A stretch of DNA of 64,000 nt from Octopus sinensis (taxonomy: Eukaryota): positions 186,001-250,000 of the forward strand of contig NC_043018.1 of the NCBI RefSeq assembly GCF_006345805.1, given 5' to 3'. The number at the start of each line of letters is the position of its first letter. Position 1 is the first letter of the stretch. Below the pieces are notes generated by a model. The model did no database searches. It saw nothing but the letters and a program-made list of their open reading frames with translations, and was not told the DNA's origin. Shown in pieces: positions 53,298-64,000 of the stretch. The position numbers and the translations under genes are program-made.

Positions 53298-54902
53298 TTT
53301 GATCATAAATCTAAAAGATCAGGGTAGATCTGGAATTGAAGGAAACACCAGCAAAACAGAAATAGCTTAGATGATTTATTCAGAGATATGTCCAAAGTAA
53401 GACGGGGTGCATTTGATTATTGAGCTCTTAGATGAGCACTGAGTTACACAAAATCCCATGTGCTAAACAACCAGAGCAAGTTTTGCCACTGCGTTTACAC
53501 AATTGATATTACTCATCGTTTTGTAAAGAAGCCATTACCATAACAATTCGAGAAGTTAGAGTAGAAAAGTTGAAAGAAATATTAGTAATTAATGCTTGTC
53601 ATTTTTTTATAAATCCTGCTTTGATTTAAGTTTCCTACATACTTCAGTTTTAGATAGTTTTTGGAAAAGTGACGCCAGCAAAAGTAAGACCAAAAAGTTT
53701 CTGATGGCTTCTAATCGTTGTCACATATCCTATCGATACAGCCAACGGCGGCTGTCGGAGACATATAACTAACAATTCAATAAAATGACATTATTTTCAA
53801 GAATGACTGTTCTGATATTAAGATCGATATCGATTTACTGCGAACAACTTATTGATTCAGAAGAAATTCAAGTCACAGCCCAAAAACGAAAAAAGAAAGA
53901 AAGAATATGTAAAATGAAGAGACAGTGAGAGGGAAGATGTTGGAAGGGGAAAAAATGAATTGGTATATTCTTCCATGAAATTAATCTTACGGTTAAATCT
54001 CTGCAGGAACGCCCCGACTTCGGTTGCCTTGCAAAGTATCGAATATTAAATAATTGAATAAAATGCAGACGATATTATATTTACGCTTTGCTGTATCATT
54101 TTCCAGAATCTCAAGTAAGATTAGAAGTCAATATACATGTATTAACCTTCTAAAAGACGGAAATCTGAAAAATAATCTCACTTCTTATCTGGTGCTGAAT
54201 CCTATATTTTTTATTTAGTTTTTTTTCTTCTTTTTCTAATCATTTAGTTGCGTTGGTTTGTTTGTTTCGTATTTTTTTTAATGAAAGACTGGTTAACTTA
54301 ATCTTATTTTTATTAAATGCCGACCCGATATTTTGTCCTGAAAGATTTTCATTAATCTTGAAAGGCTGTGAAGTGAAGTAAAGATTGCTATGAAGCAGTT
54401 TGAATATAAAATGGTGGTTCTTTGTATGTTCATGCCTAGGTTTATGAGTGTATGTGTGTTCGAGTGTATGTACGTGTAGAAGCGTATATCTTTGGAAATA
54501 TACTTGTGTGTGTGTGTGTGTGTTTGTGCGTGTGTGCGTAGTAGGAACCAAAAGCAATTCCCATTTACCGTTTATTTAGAAAATAAATATGGACTTTATA
54601 TTCGTGTCTGCATTCCATCCTATATAAATGTCAATCTATTCCGTTTTCTCTCGCTCCCTCTTGGTATATTTGCATGTATATAAGTGTGGACGTGTGTCTG
54701 TGTGTTTGTGTGTCTGTGTGTGTGTACTTCGAATATAAAATTACTCACACAATTATGTCATGAAATATTTCACACAATTCCGTACTCGTGTACATAGTAA
54801 ATATGAATGAACGTGAAGATTAGAATTAGTGGAAGCACACACACACACACACACACACACACCTACATTTATGAATATATGTATGTGTACGAGTATGTGT
54901 AA

Positions 54903-54968
<66 letters not shown>

Positions 54969-55079
54969 ATATATATATATATATATACATACATATATAC
55001 GTACGTATATACGTATGTATATATGCATATATTTATATACATTTTTGCATACATATATGTATGTGTGTAGATACGACGG

Positions 55080-55124
<45 letters not shown>

Positions 55125-55430
55125 GTCTGTGTGTTGTGTGTGAGTGTGCGTGTATATATATTCATATATTCATTCATCTATCGCTAATCCAGCAATATTA
55201 ACAAAGGGTATATGATCTTTCACTTCTACGCAATAAAATATCCAAACGCGGCTGAAAATATCAACCGAATACGTGGCGGGTTTAAATATGTATTTTAACC
55301 TTTGCAAAACCCTTTCACTTCTTATACAAACAATGCAATAATCTTTATTTTCCTAAGAGTTACGTTCTTAACGGAATTCTATGAATATATCAATGAGGAA
55401 GATATGAATGTATGTATGTATCTGTGTATG

Positions 55431-55509
<79 letters not shown>

Positions 55510-55846
55510 ATACATGCAATTGTGTATATATGTATTTTATTGTTTCGTGTGAAACCATCCTGTAAAATAATATTGGTTTCTTAACGTTATGCAAAAAGTC
55601 AGATCCGCTCCAAGAATTTGGTTGCAACGGCAGAGAGTAATTACTTTTGAACTTTGAAAATTGTTCTTTCTGCTTCCAGGTTGCAGTTCCTAACTACCTG
55701 GTGGATGTTCATTTCCTAGGGTTTCGATGTAGTTACAGTATATCTATCTACCTATCAACACAGGTATATATGTATATATATATATCCATGTCAGCGTTTG
55801 CAGGTGCGTATGTATCTATGTATGTATGTATATATATAATATATAT

Positions 55847-55919
<73 letters not shown>

Positions 55920-56118
55920 TGTTTTACACATATATCTTTCAGTCATTTGATAGTGGTCATGATGGAGCACCGCCTTTAGTCGAACAAATCAACTCTAGGA
56001 TTTATTCTTTGAAAGCCCAGTACTTATTCTATCGGTCACTGTTGTTGAACCGATATATCATGGGGGCGTAAAAACACTAACATCTGTTGTCAAGAGAAAG
56101 TGGGGGAAAAACTCGAAT

Positions 56119-56214
<96 letters not shown>

Positions 56215-56335
56215 ACGGGATTCTTTCTATCTAGCAAATCCACTCACGAGGCTTTGGTTGGTCCGAGGCTATAGCAGAGGACGCTTGACCAGAGTGTCAC
56301 ACAGCGGGACTGAATTCGGAACCATGTGGGTGTAT
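55920..56335 (-). mobile_element. Older SINE type E with expanded internal microsatellite
   Basis: Both halves are recognisable around (CT)n(TA)n. Confidence 0.75.
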
Positions 56336-56911
56336 TTGTGCAGTTGTTAGCTAACCCCACCTACATAATTTTATCAAATTTATAAAACTTCGCAAGTGAG
56401 TAGAACTCATGTCTAGAAACCTTTGGAAAAAATCGATAATAGGGCCCCTGGAAGGTATCATTATATATATATAATATATTTTATTTTAAAAGCCAAGGAT
56501 AACAACCCATTCGGCCCTTATAGGTATCTTTATATATTGCCAAAGGAAATAGCCCATCTATTTTCCCAAATTATTTGGTATAAATCAAATTTAGCATGCT
56601 TATTTCTTAGTATTTGAACTGTTAGAGTTATTTTCGCAATTTATCCAGTAAAACCCTTAAACAAATAAAATTAAATATCATTGACTTAAATGGTTTTCAA
56701 AAAGGTTGAATGAAAATGACTCAGGAAAGTGTTCACTTTGATAAATACACAGACATTCGTTCTCTTATCTAGACTATAGAAAGTTTATGAACTTTCAGTT
56801 AACATTTGTCTTCTCTGTCTGCCGAAACTCACAGCGCCCATGGTGTTTGCAGGCCATCTTAAAATCTGTGTCAAAACGAAAGTATGAAAGGAAAAATATA
56901 TATTTCCTTAC

Positions 56912-56989
56912 TTTTGCTCGGAAGGTTCGCCCGAACGTAATGCGAAACCTAATACATTTAATCAGTGATCGAAAACACGTCGCCGCCAT
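56912..56989 (-). CDS. Candidate first coding exon MAATCFRSLIKCIRFRITFGRTFRAK, presequence-like
   Basis: aagATGGCGGCG context in a CpG-enriched patch; 78 nt to the donor AAA|GTAAGG; Arg/Ser/Thr-rich with no acidic residues. No homologue recognised. Confidence 0.35.
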
Positions 56990-57960
56990 CTTAAATTCAA
57001 ACCAGATATTCGTTTCTTTTTTCAACTCTTCCGATAAATACTTAGTAACTTGCACTGATAGAAATTTGAAAGACCAAAGGCAGCTTTCACTTTTGAATGG
57101 AATATGGAATGGTAAGTGTGGGAAGCAAGATTTCTTTTCATCTTCAAGCAAATATTTGTGATGCATTTTAATAAAATAAAGAAACGGACTTATTTGAGAA
57201 ATTTCGTTCTGATGTTTTACTCTTTATTTATTTAGTTTCTCTTCGTTTTTTAGATTTCGTAAATGTCTGGAAAGATATCCAAGAAAGACAAACATTAAAT
57301 ACAAATTTTAATTATTAATAATTCTTTGATACTAATGAAGATTACAGAATTGATTAATTATCTCATTTGCGTTATGGTTTATTAGGTAATTTTTATCTTA
57401 TTTATATTGACAAACTTAAATCCAATAATTCATATACACACAGAACATTTATTACCGTATGCAAACTGACAAAACAGTTTTCTGATTTACAACATCGTAA
57501 TTTGTGAAACCTATCGAGACCAAAACCGCTATAAACCAATTCCTAACCCAATCACCTCCCGTAATCACTCCAGATAATGATGTTTTTGGTGCTGCTGTAG
57601 TCAAAATTATTCTCACACCCAAGATGAAATATGTGAGGTATTTTCCTGAAGTCTTCTTTTGAAATGTCAAATTTACAACCCACCTCGAATTTGTTTAATA
57701 TTGAAAGAATAAAGCTTAGCAGAAGAGGACTATCAAGAACGAAACGTATAATGAGTTTATATGTTTCGTATATGCTGTATTCGACCACTTCATATCCTGC
57801 ATAATTTCAGAATTATTCAGCTCGCAAAGGAATTTTTGAATAGAAACCTTTCCCTTTAGTATTATTATTGTTTCTGTCGATTATGAAGAAATACTGTAGA
57901 CATTTTTAGTTTCAGTAACATTATTGTGGACTAATGGTATATTTTTCCTATTTACAATAG

Positions 57961-58016
57961 GTGACATTCTATTTCCTTTCTTATTAACATCCTGCTCACT
58001 TTTAAATCATATGGAG
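57961..58016 (+). CDS. Candidate internal exon (56 nt, ends ATGGAG|GTAAGT)
   Basis: Branch-like ctaat, pyrimidine tract and AG at 57960, consensus donor at 58017. A matching upstream donor ATG|GTAAGT lies at 57111/57112. Confidence 0.3.
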
Positions 58017-58111
58017 GTAAGTATATTTTGTTGACGAGATCGAGACAATCATTCGTTGCTCCCATGATAAAATATACCATGGAATTGCTAAATGCAATAG
58101 GTAACTATATA

Positions 58112-58347
58112 TATTTCTTTACTACCCACAAGGGGCTAAACACAGAGGGGACAAACAAGGACAGACAAATAGATTAAGTCGATTACATCGATCCCAGTGC
58201 GTAACTGGTACTTAATTTATCGACCCCGAAAGGATGAAAGGCAAAGTCGACCTCGACGGAATTTGAACTCGGAACGTAACGGCAGACTAAATACGGCTAC
58301 GCATTTCGCCCGGCGTGCTAACGTTTCTGCCAGCTCGCCGCCTTTAA
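58112..58347 (-). mobile_element. SINE D1 monomer with a 16-bp TSD
   Basis: Head ggcggcgagctggcagaaacg, tail gggtagtaaagaaata. TSD aataggtaactatata at 58096-58111 and 58348-58363. Confidence 0.92.
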
Positions 58348-58424
58348 AATAGGTAACTATATAGTTGCCGGCAGGTAATCCTCACTTCTGGGACCACCGG
58401 TGGTACATCCAAGTCATAACAGCC

Positions 58425-58463
<39 letters not shown>

Positions 58464-58768
58464 AGGTGAGAGAGAAAATTTGAGGGAAAGGGAAATTGAT
58501 GGAGAAGGAAAATGACAGAGACAGGGTGGAGAGAAAACAATGGGAGTAATATAAGATTAGGTAATCCTCAATAAATATGTTCAATCCTTTATTGTTCAGT
58601 CGCAGGTCATTGTCGTTGGAGGGAACACATGATGGAATGTATTCCAGCCTTGACCAACCTGACCTAAAGTGTAACGGAACAGCGTGCTAAAAAATCCATA
58701 GAATGAAGTCAAGACTTTACGATCATGACCCGAACACCTGACCACAACCTCAGGCGTGATTACATAGA

Positions 58769-59326
58769 CGCGGTGAGCTGGCAGAAACGTTAGCACGCCG
58801 GGCGAAATGCGTAGCCGTAACGTTCTGAGTTCAAATTCCGCCGAGGTCAACTTTGCCTTTCATCCTTTCGGGGTCGATAAGTTAAGTACCAGTTACGCAC
58901 TGGGGTCGATGTAATCGACTTAATCCGTTTGTCTGTCCTTGTTTGTCCTCTCTGTGTTTAGCCCCTTGTGAATGGTAAAGAAATAGGTATCTCGTCTGTC
59001 TTTATGTTCTGAGTTCAAATTCCGCCGAGGTCAACTTTGCCTTTCATCCTTTCGGGGTCGATAAGTTAAGTACCAGTTACGCACTGGGGTCGATGTAATG
59101 GACTTAATCCGTTTGTCTGTCCTTGTTTGTCCTCTCTGTGTTTAGCCCCTTGTGAATGGTAAAGAAATAGGTATCTCATCTGTCTTTACGTTCTGAGTTC
59201 AAATTCCGCCGAGGTCAACTTTGCCTTTCATTCTTTCGGGGTCGATAAGTTAAGTACCAGTTACGCACTGGGGTCGATGCAATCGACTTAATCCGTTTGT
59301 CTGTCCTTGTGGGTAGTAAAGAAATA
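58769..59326 (+). mobile_element. SINE D1 trimer (184-bp period) within one 13-bp TSD
   Basis: Cores at 58823, 59007 and 59191. TSD gtgattacataga at 58756-58768 and 59327-59339. Confidence 0.92.
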
Positions 59327-59496
59327 GTGATTACATAGAGAGGAGCCCTAACACGATTCACACCTGTTATTTGCTTTTACCAAATTCACATTAAAACAAA
59401 CGAACATCCAATCACAACTGTTTCATCCTTTATTTTAAGAAGCAATTTGTCTGGTTTATAATTGTGTGAATATAACTGAGGCTTGTTTCTTTATGA

Positions 59497-59878
59497 TGGA
59501 AGCACTCCGTCGGTTACGACGACGAGGGTTCCGGTTGATCCGAATCAACGGAACAGCCTGCTCGTGAAATTAACGTATAAGTGGCTGAGCACTCCAGACA
59601 CGAGTACACTTAACGTAGTTCTCGGGGATATTCAGCGGGACACAGAGAGTGACAAGGCCGGCCCTTTGAAATACAGGTACAACAGAAACAGGAAGTAAGA
59701 GTGAGAGAAAGTTGTGGTGAAAGAGTACAGGAGGGATCACCACCATCCCCTGCCGGAGGCTCGTGGAGCTTTAGGTGTTTTCGCTCAATAAACACTCAAA
59801 AGGCCCGGTCTGGGAATCGAAACCGCGATCCTTTTCCGCGAGTCCGCTGCCCTAATCACTGGGCCATTGCGCCTCCAC
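59497..59878 (-). mobile_element. Full-length SINE type A
   Basis: Reverse-complement match to 49076-49460. Confidence 0.92.
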
Positions 59879-61309
59879 TTTGTTTCTTTATATAAGTACG
59901 CCAAAAGGAATTTTGCCGACCGATTGCATGAGTAATGTCAGGTGTAATCTTTCAACACTCGGCAGCTCAGTAACGATTCTTTTCTCCTCAGAGCTTGTGG
60001 GGCCCATATCACTTTCACGTAAGCTTTCCTATTACACTCGTCTCTCCTCCCCCCATCACCATTGTTGTGTTTGAATGTCCAGATTTCCCCCACACCCAGA
60101 CCCACATGAGAGTTGCATTCAGTTCTCGGTATTAAGATCGCATTCTCTATGGAATCCCCTCCTTTTTTTCATATATTTCCTGAAGGTGCTGATTCCTAAA
60201 AATCCAAAAGGTACACTGAGATTGATATCACAGATTTAAAATGGCCTGCAAACACCATGGGCGCTGTGAGTTTCGGCAGAAAGAGAAGGAAAATGTTAAC
60301 TGAAATTTCATAAACTTTCTATAGGCTAGAAAAGAGACCGAATGTCTGTGTATTTATCAAAGTGAACACTCACCTGAGTCATTTTCATTCAACCTTTTTG
60401 AAAACCATTTAAGTCAATGATATTTAATTTTACAACAGAGTGTAGTAATAATTAAATAAAATCAATTATGGCGTTCGCTAAATTAATTATGACATATCTC
60501 ACTAAAATTTGTAATTGGCAATAGGCTCGAATAACTGGTTGTGTGCGTGTGTTTACCTGTGGGAATGTATGTGTATGTGCGTGTATGCCCGTGAGAGAGA
60601 GAGAGAGAGATAGAGAGGGAGAGAGAGAGTGAGATAGTTTCGCTGTATGAGACATCTATGTGTAGTACCAAACAGCACAGTCCGCCACCAGCTAACTGCT
60701 ATGTCAATGAGCAAATCCATTACCACGCAAAATTGAAAACCAAAGACAGCAGTAAAGTGTTACCCAAGGTGAAGAACAAACAATTTAGTGCTATGAGCAA
60801 TGCAACCTCTAAGCAAATTACAATAGACGACTGACAGGTTAGATTACAAAGTTGAAAGTATATTCACTAGTATATATGGCTAGCTCGGAGCAGAATGGTT
60901 TGCGCAAATATGGTATAAATAAGATGGAGAACGGAGGGGAAATACATTGCTTTGGGTAGTGACTCTACGACCCAAAGTATTATGGTAATCACACATAATA
61001 ACATTTCCGCTTGTTATATTCAATGTTTTGGCAAGTTAATTAACCGACTATCCAAAACCAGTTCCCATCCAGAATTCGGTTTTATTGCTGTCTGTTTCTT
61101 CCTATTTTTATGGCAATTCCTAACAGTAATTTCCGTTTGATGTTATTTATGCACCGCAAAATCGATCATTGTCGATGGCAGAGTTATGCAACCCTATAAA
61201 CTTAATTATCGTTTTAGTTTGGACAGTTGAAACCGCTCACTTGCAATATCTTCTTCCTCTACCACTACTACTAACAGTAGTAGAATGAACAGCAGCAATA
61301 ACCCTTTAT

Positions 61310-62760
61310 TCTCTAGACACAAGGTCTGAAATTTGTGGGAGTGGATAGCCAATTACATCGACACTAATCCTCGTCTGATATTTATTTTTTCGACCCCGGT
61401 GAAATTTGAATTCAGAACGAGAATACGGACGAATTACCGTTAAGCATTTCTCCCGACAAGCTTGGGATCCATCCAGCTTATTACCTTAGCAGCAGCAATA
61501 TTAGAAACAGTTTCAAATTTTGGCACAAGGCCAGTCATTTCGAGGGAGGTGGTAATTCGATTACATCGAATCCAGCACTCGGCAAAGTCGATCTTGACGG
61601 AATTTGAATTCCGAACGTAAATACGAAAGAAATACGCTAAGCATTTCGCCCGGTTTCCTGGGCCTTCTGCCAGCTCTCTACCTAAGCAGCAATCATGGTA
61701 ATGCAGAAATACTGACGTGGTGTAGATTCTAGGAGGTCGATAGACACCCTAGAAATAATAGTCAAATCCTACTCACTCTTTACAATAGGTTGTCTTTAAA
61801 GGGAGAAGAAATAATATATTCCGAGATAGACATTGCATGTAAAACGACCGGTAGTATTTTCTCAGCTAGTCTGGAGGAAGTTAGGATTAATAACATTCTG
61901 TACGGGATTTCAGTATTAGAAAAGGAACTCTAATAAAAGCACCCTTATGCCAGGTCGTAGTATTAAATTTGGTTTCAAATGAAGTTTATTGTCCAAGTAA
62001 GCTACGGTGGGGCTTGAACTCACGACGTAGACATCCAGAATAAATGCAGTAAGGCAGCTCACTAGAAACATTCCGACTTCAAATTTTGCGAGTTCGACTT
62101 TGCCTTTCATCCTTTCGATGAATTAAGTACCAGTTGCATACTGGTAATCGACTACCCCCCCCCGCCTCCTACAAAAATTTCAGGTTTTGTGCCTAGAGTA
62201 GAAAAGAATATATTTAGCGGTACTTGAAAGGATAAAGACAAAATTTGTAACTAAATATTTTATAAATAAACACTGCAGCAATGATGCTAATCCTTCACCT
62301 TCAACTGGTTATAATAAAATGTAATTATTTCGGACATCGGTATAACGCTTCAAAGTTTCATGCAGAGTTCAGTTGATTGATATATTTTGATATACTCCGA
62401 TTATTTGATCAATACTTATTTTATCGGTCTCCGAGCGGACGTGAATTAAAAGTTCAGACTGTTGTTGCCAATATTTTAGTCATTAAACTATGAAGATAAA
62501 CGACGAAGTATTTTAGTTTTAGCACTCCACTATTTCTATCACATAATATTGGTGCCAAATCTTAAGACAAGGCTCGAAATTTCGTAGGGTGGATAATTCG
62601 GTTATATGAACCCCCATGCTCATTTTATCAATCCCGAAAGGATGAAAGGTAGCATCGACCTTGGCGAACTTTGAACTCACAACATAAACACGAACAAAAT
62701 ACTGCTAAGCATTTTGTCCGGCGTGATGCTAAGGATTCTGCCAGTTCATCACCTTTTTCT
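61310..62760. mobile_element. Cluster of four older SINE D2-type copies in both orientations
   Basis: Cores and ggcacaagg/ccttgtgcc-type tails at ~61310-61460 (-), ~61515-61685 (-), ~62065-62210 (+) and ~62555-62755 (-). Confidence 0.65.
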
Positions 62761-62879
62761 GTAATATGATATTGTCTCTAGTTTTCTCGCAATGTTCTTA
62801 ACATCGAAGGGATTGTAGGTGGCTTGCTAGTTACATCAAGCTCAGTAACTTGATTTGGAAACGTATCATTGATTTCAGA

Positions 62880-63257
62880 GTGGAGGCCCAGTGGTTAGGG
62901 CAGCGGACTCGCGGTCATAGGATCGCGGTTTCGATTCCCAGACCGGGCGTTGTGAGTGTTTCTTGAGCGAAAACACCTAAAAGCTCCACGAGGCTCTGGC
63001 AGGGGATGGTGGTGATCCCTGCTGTACTCTTTCACCACAACTTTCTCTCACTCTTACTTCCTGTTTCTGTTGTACCTGTATTTCAAAGGGCCGGCCTTGT
63101 CACTCTCTGTGTCACGCTGAATATCCCTGAGAACTACGTTAAGGGTGCACGTGTCTGTGGAGTGCTCAGCCACTTACACGTTAATTTCACGAGCAGGCTG
63201 TTCCGTTGATTCGGATCAACCGGAACCCTCATCGTCGTAACCGACGGAGTGCTTCCA
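62880..63257 (+). mobile_element. SINE type A with an 11-bp TSD
   Basis: TSD cattgatttca at 62867-62877 and 63261-63271. Confidence 0.92.
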
Positions 63258-63282
63258 TCCCATTGATTTCAAAATGATGAAT

Positions 63283-63961
63283 GGGAAAGTCGACCCCGAC
63301 GGAATTTGAACTCAAAAGGTGATGACGGAAGAAATGCGGCAAAGTATTTGTTCTACTTTAGGCACAAGGCCCGAAATTTGGGGTGGGGAGGGTTCCAGTC
63401 GCTTAGAGCGACCCGGTACGCAACTGGTAATTAATTTATCGACTCTGAAAGGATGAAAGGCAAAGTCGACCTCGGTGGAATTTGAACTCAGAACGTAGAT
63501 ACAGACGAAATAGCGCTAAGAATTTCGCCCTGCCAGCTAACGTTTCCTATTTCTTTACTGTCTACAAGGGGCTTCACACAGAGGGGAAAAACAAGGACAG
63601 ACAAACGGATTAAGTCGAGCATATCGAATCTAGAGCGTAACTGGTACTTATTTAATCGACTTCGAAAGGATGAAAGGGCAAAGTCGACCTCGGCGGAATT
63701 TGAACTCAGAATGTAGCGGCAGACGAAATATATTTCTTTACTACCCACAAGGGGCTAAACACAGAGGGGACAAACAAGGACAGACGAACGGATTAAGTCG
63801 ATTATATCGACCCCAGTGCGTAACTGGTACTTAATTTATCGACCCCGAAAGGATGATAGGCAAAGTCGACCTCGGCGGAATTTGAACTCAGAATGTAGCG
63901 GCAGACGAAATAGCACTAAGCATTTCGCCCGGCGTGCTAACGTTTCCGCAACGTCTCCGCC
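63283..63961 (-). mobile_element. SINE D array: D1-D1-D2-fragment in head-to-tail order
   Basis: Minus-strand junctions gtaaagaaata|tatttcgtctg and gtaaagaaata|ggaaacgttagc; D2 tail aaatttcgggccttgtgcc. Confidence 0.85.
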
Positions 63962-64000
63962 TTAATGCAGCAAATTATTTTGCGTGGCTGGCTGAAGATT

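Larger units (their letters stand above)
56666..60432. repeat. 205-bp inverted repeat pair (56666-56870 and 60229-60432)
   Basis: taaaattaaatatcattgacttaaatgg...gcaggccatcttaaaatctgtg matches the reverse complement of 60229-60432 with roughly a dozen differences. Confidence 0.92.

Noticed and set aside
53991-55763. Exon candidates 53991-54027 (-) and 55680-55763 (+)
   Set aside because: No recognisable product; the second ends in TATC-like repeat sequence.

Overview
Eukaryotic, AT-rich DNA saturated with repeats, most consistent with an octopus (coleoid cephalopod) genome. This is an inference from tRNA-Arg-headed and CORE-like SINEs of the kind described in Octopus and from the extreme (TA)n/(CA)n/(TATC)n/(ATT)n density. 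No long intact cellular CDS is recognisable, and most ORFs in the track are microsatellite read-throughs. The window holds at least five SINE types and fragments of two different Penelope-like retroelements (PLEs; one Neptune-like, one Hydra-like). It also holds four mariner remnants and one Tc1 remnant, a young CR1 LINE 3' end, older LINE debris and a 100-N gap. Notable structure: (1) several unrelated ~200-bp elements sitting in (TA)n tracts carry minimal type I hammerhead ribozyme motifs, some with a non-canonical core; (2) one SINE family recurs as head-to-tail multimers, one of them a trimer inside a single 13-bp TSD; (3) several long inverted repeats, including a 1.2-kb near-perfect palindrome, a 285-bp foldback, an inverted copy of a candidate terminal exon and a 205-bp inverted pair; (4) a 1.47-kb tandem duplication whose copies differ almost only by 1-nt indels; (5) a possible head-to-head pair of gene 5' ends near 56.8-58.0 kb. 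All gene-structure calls are low confidence.
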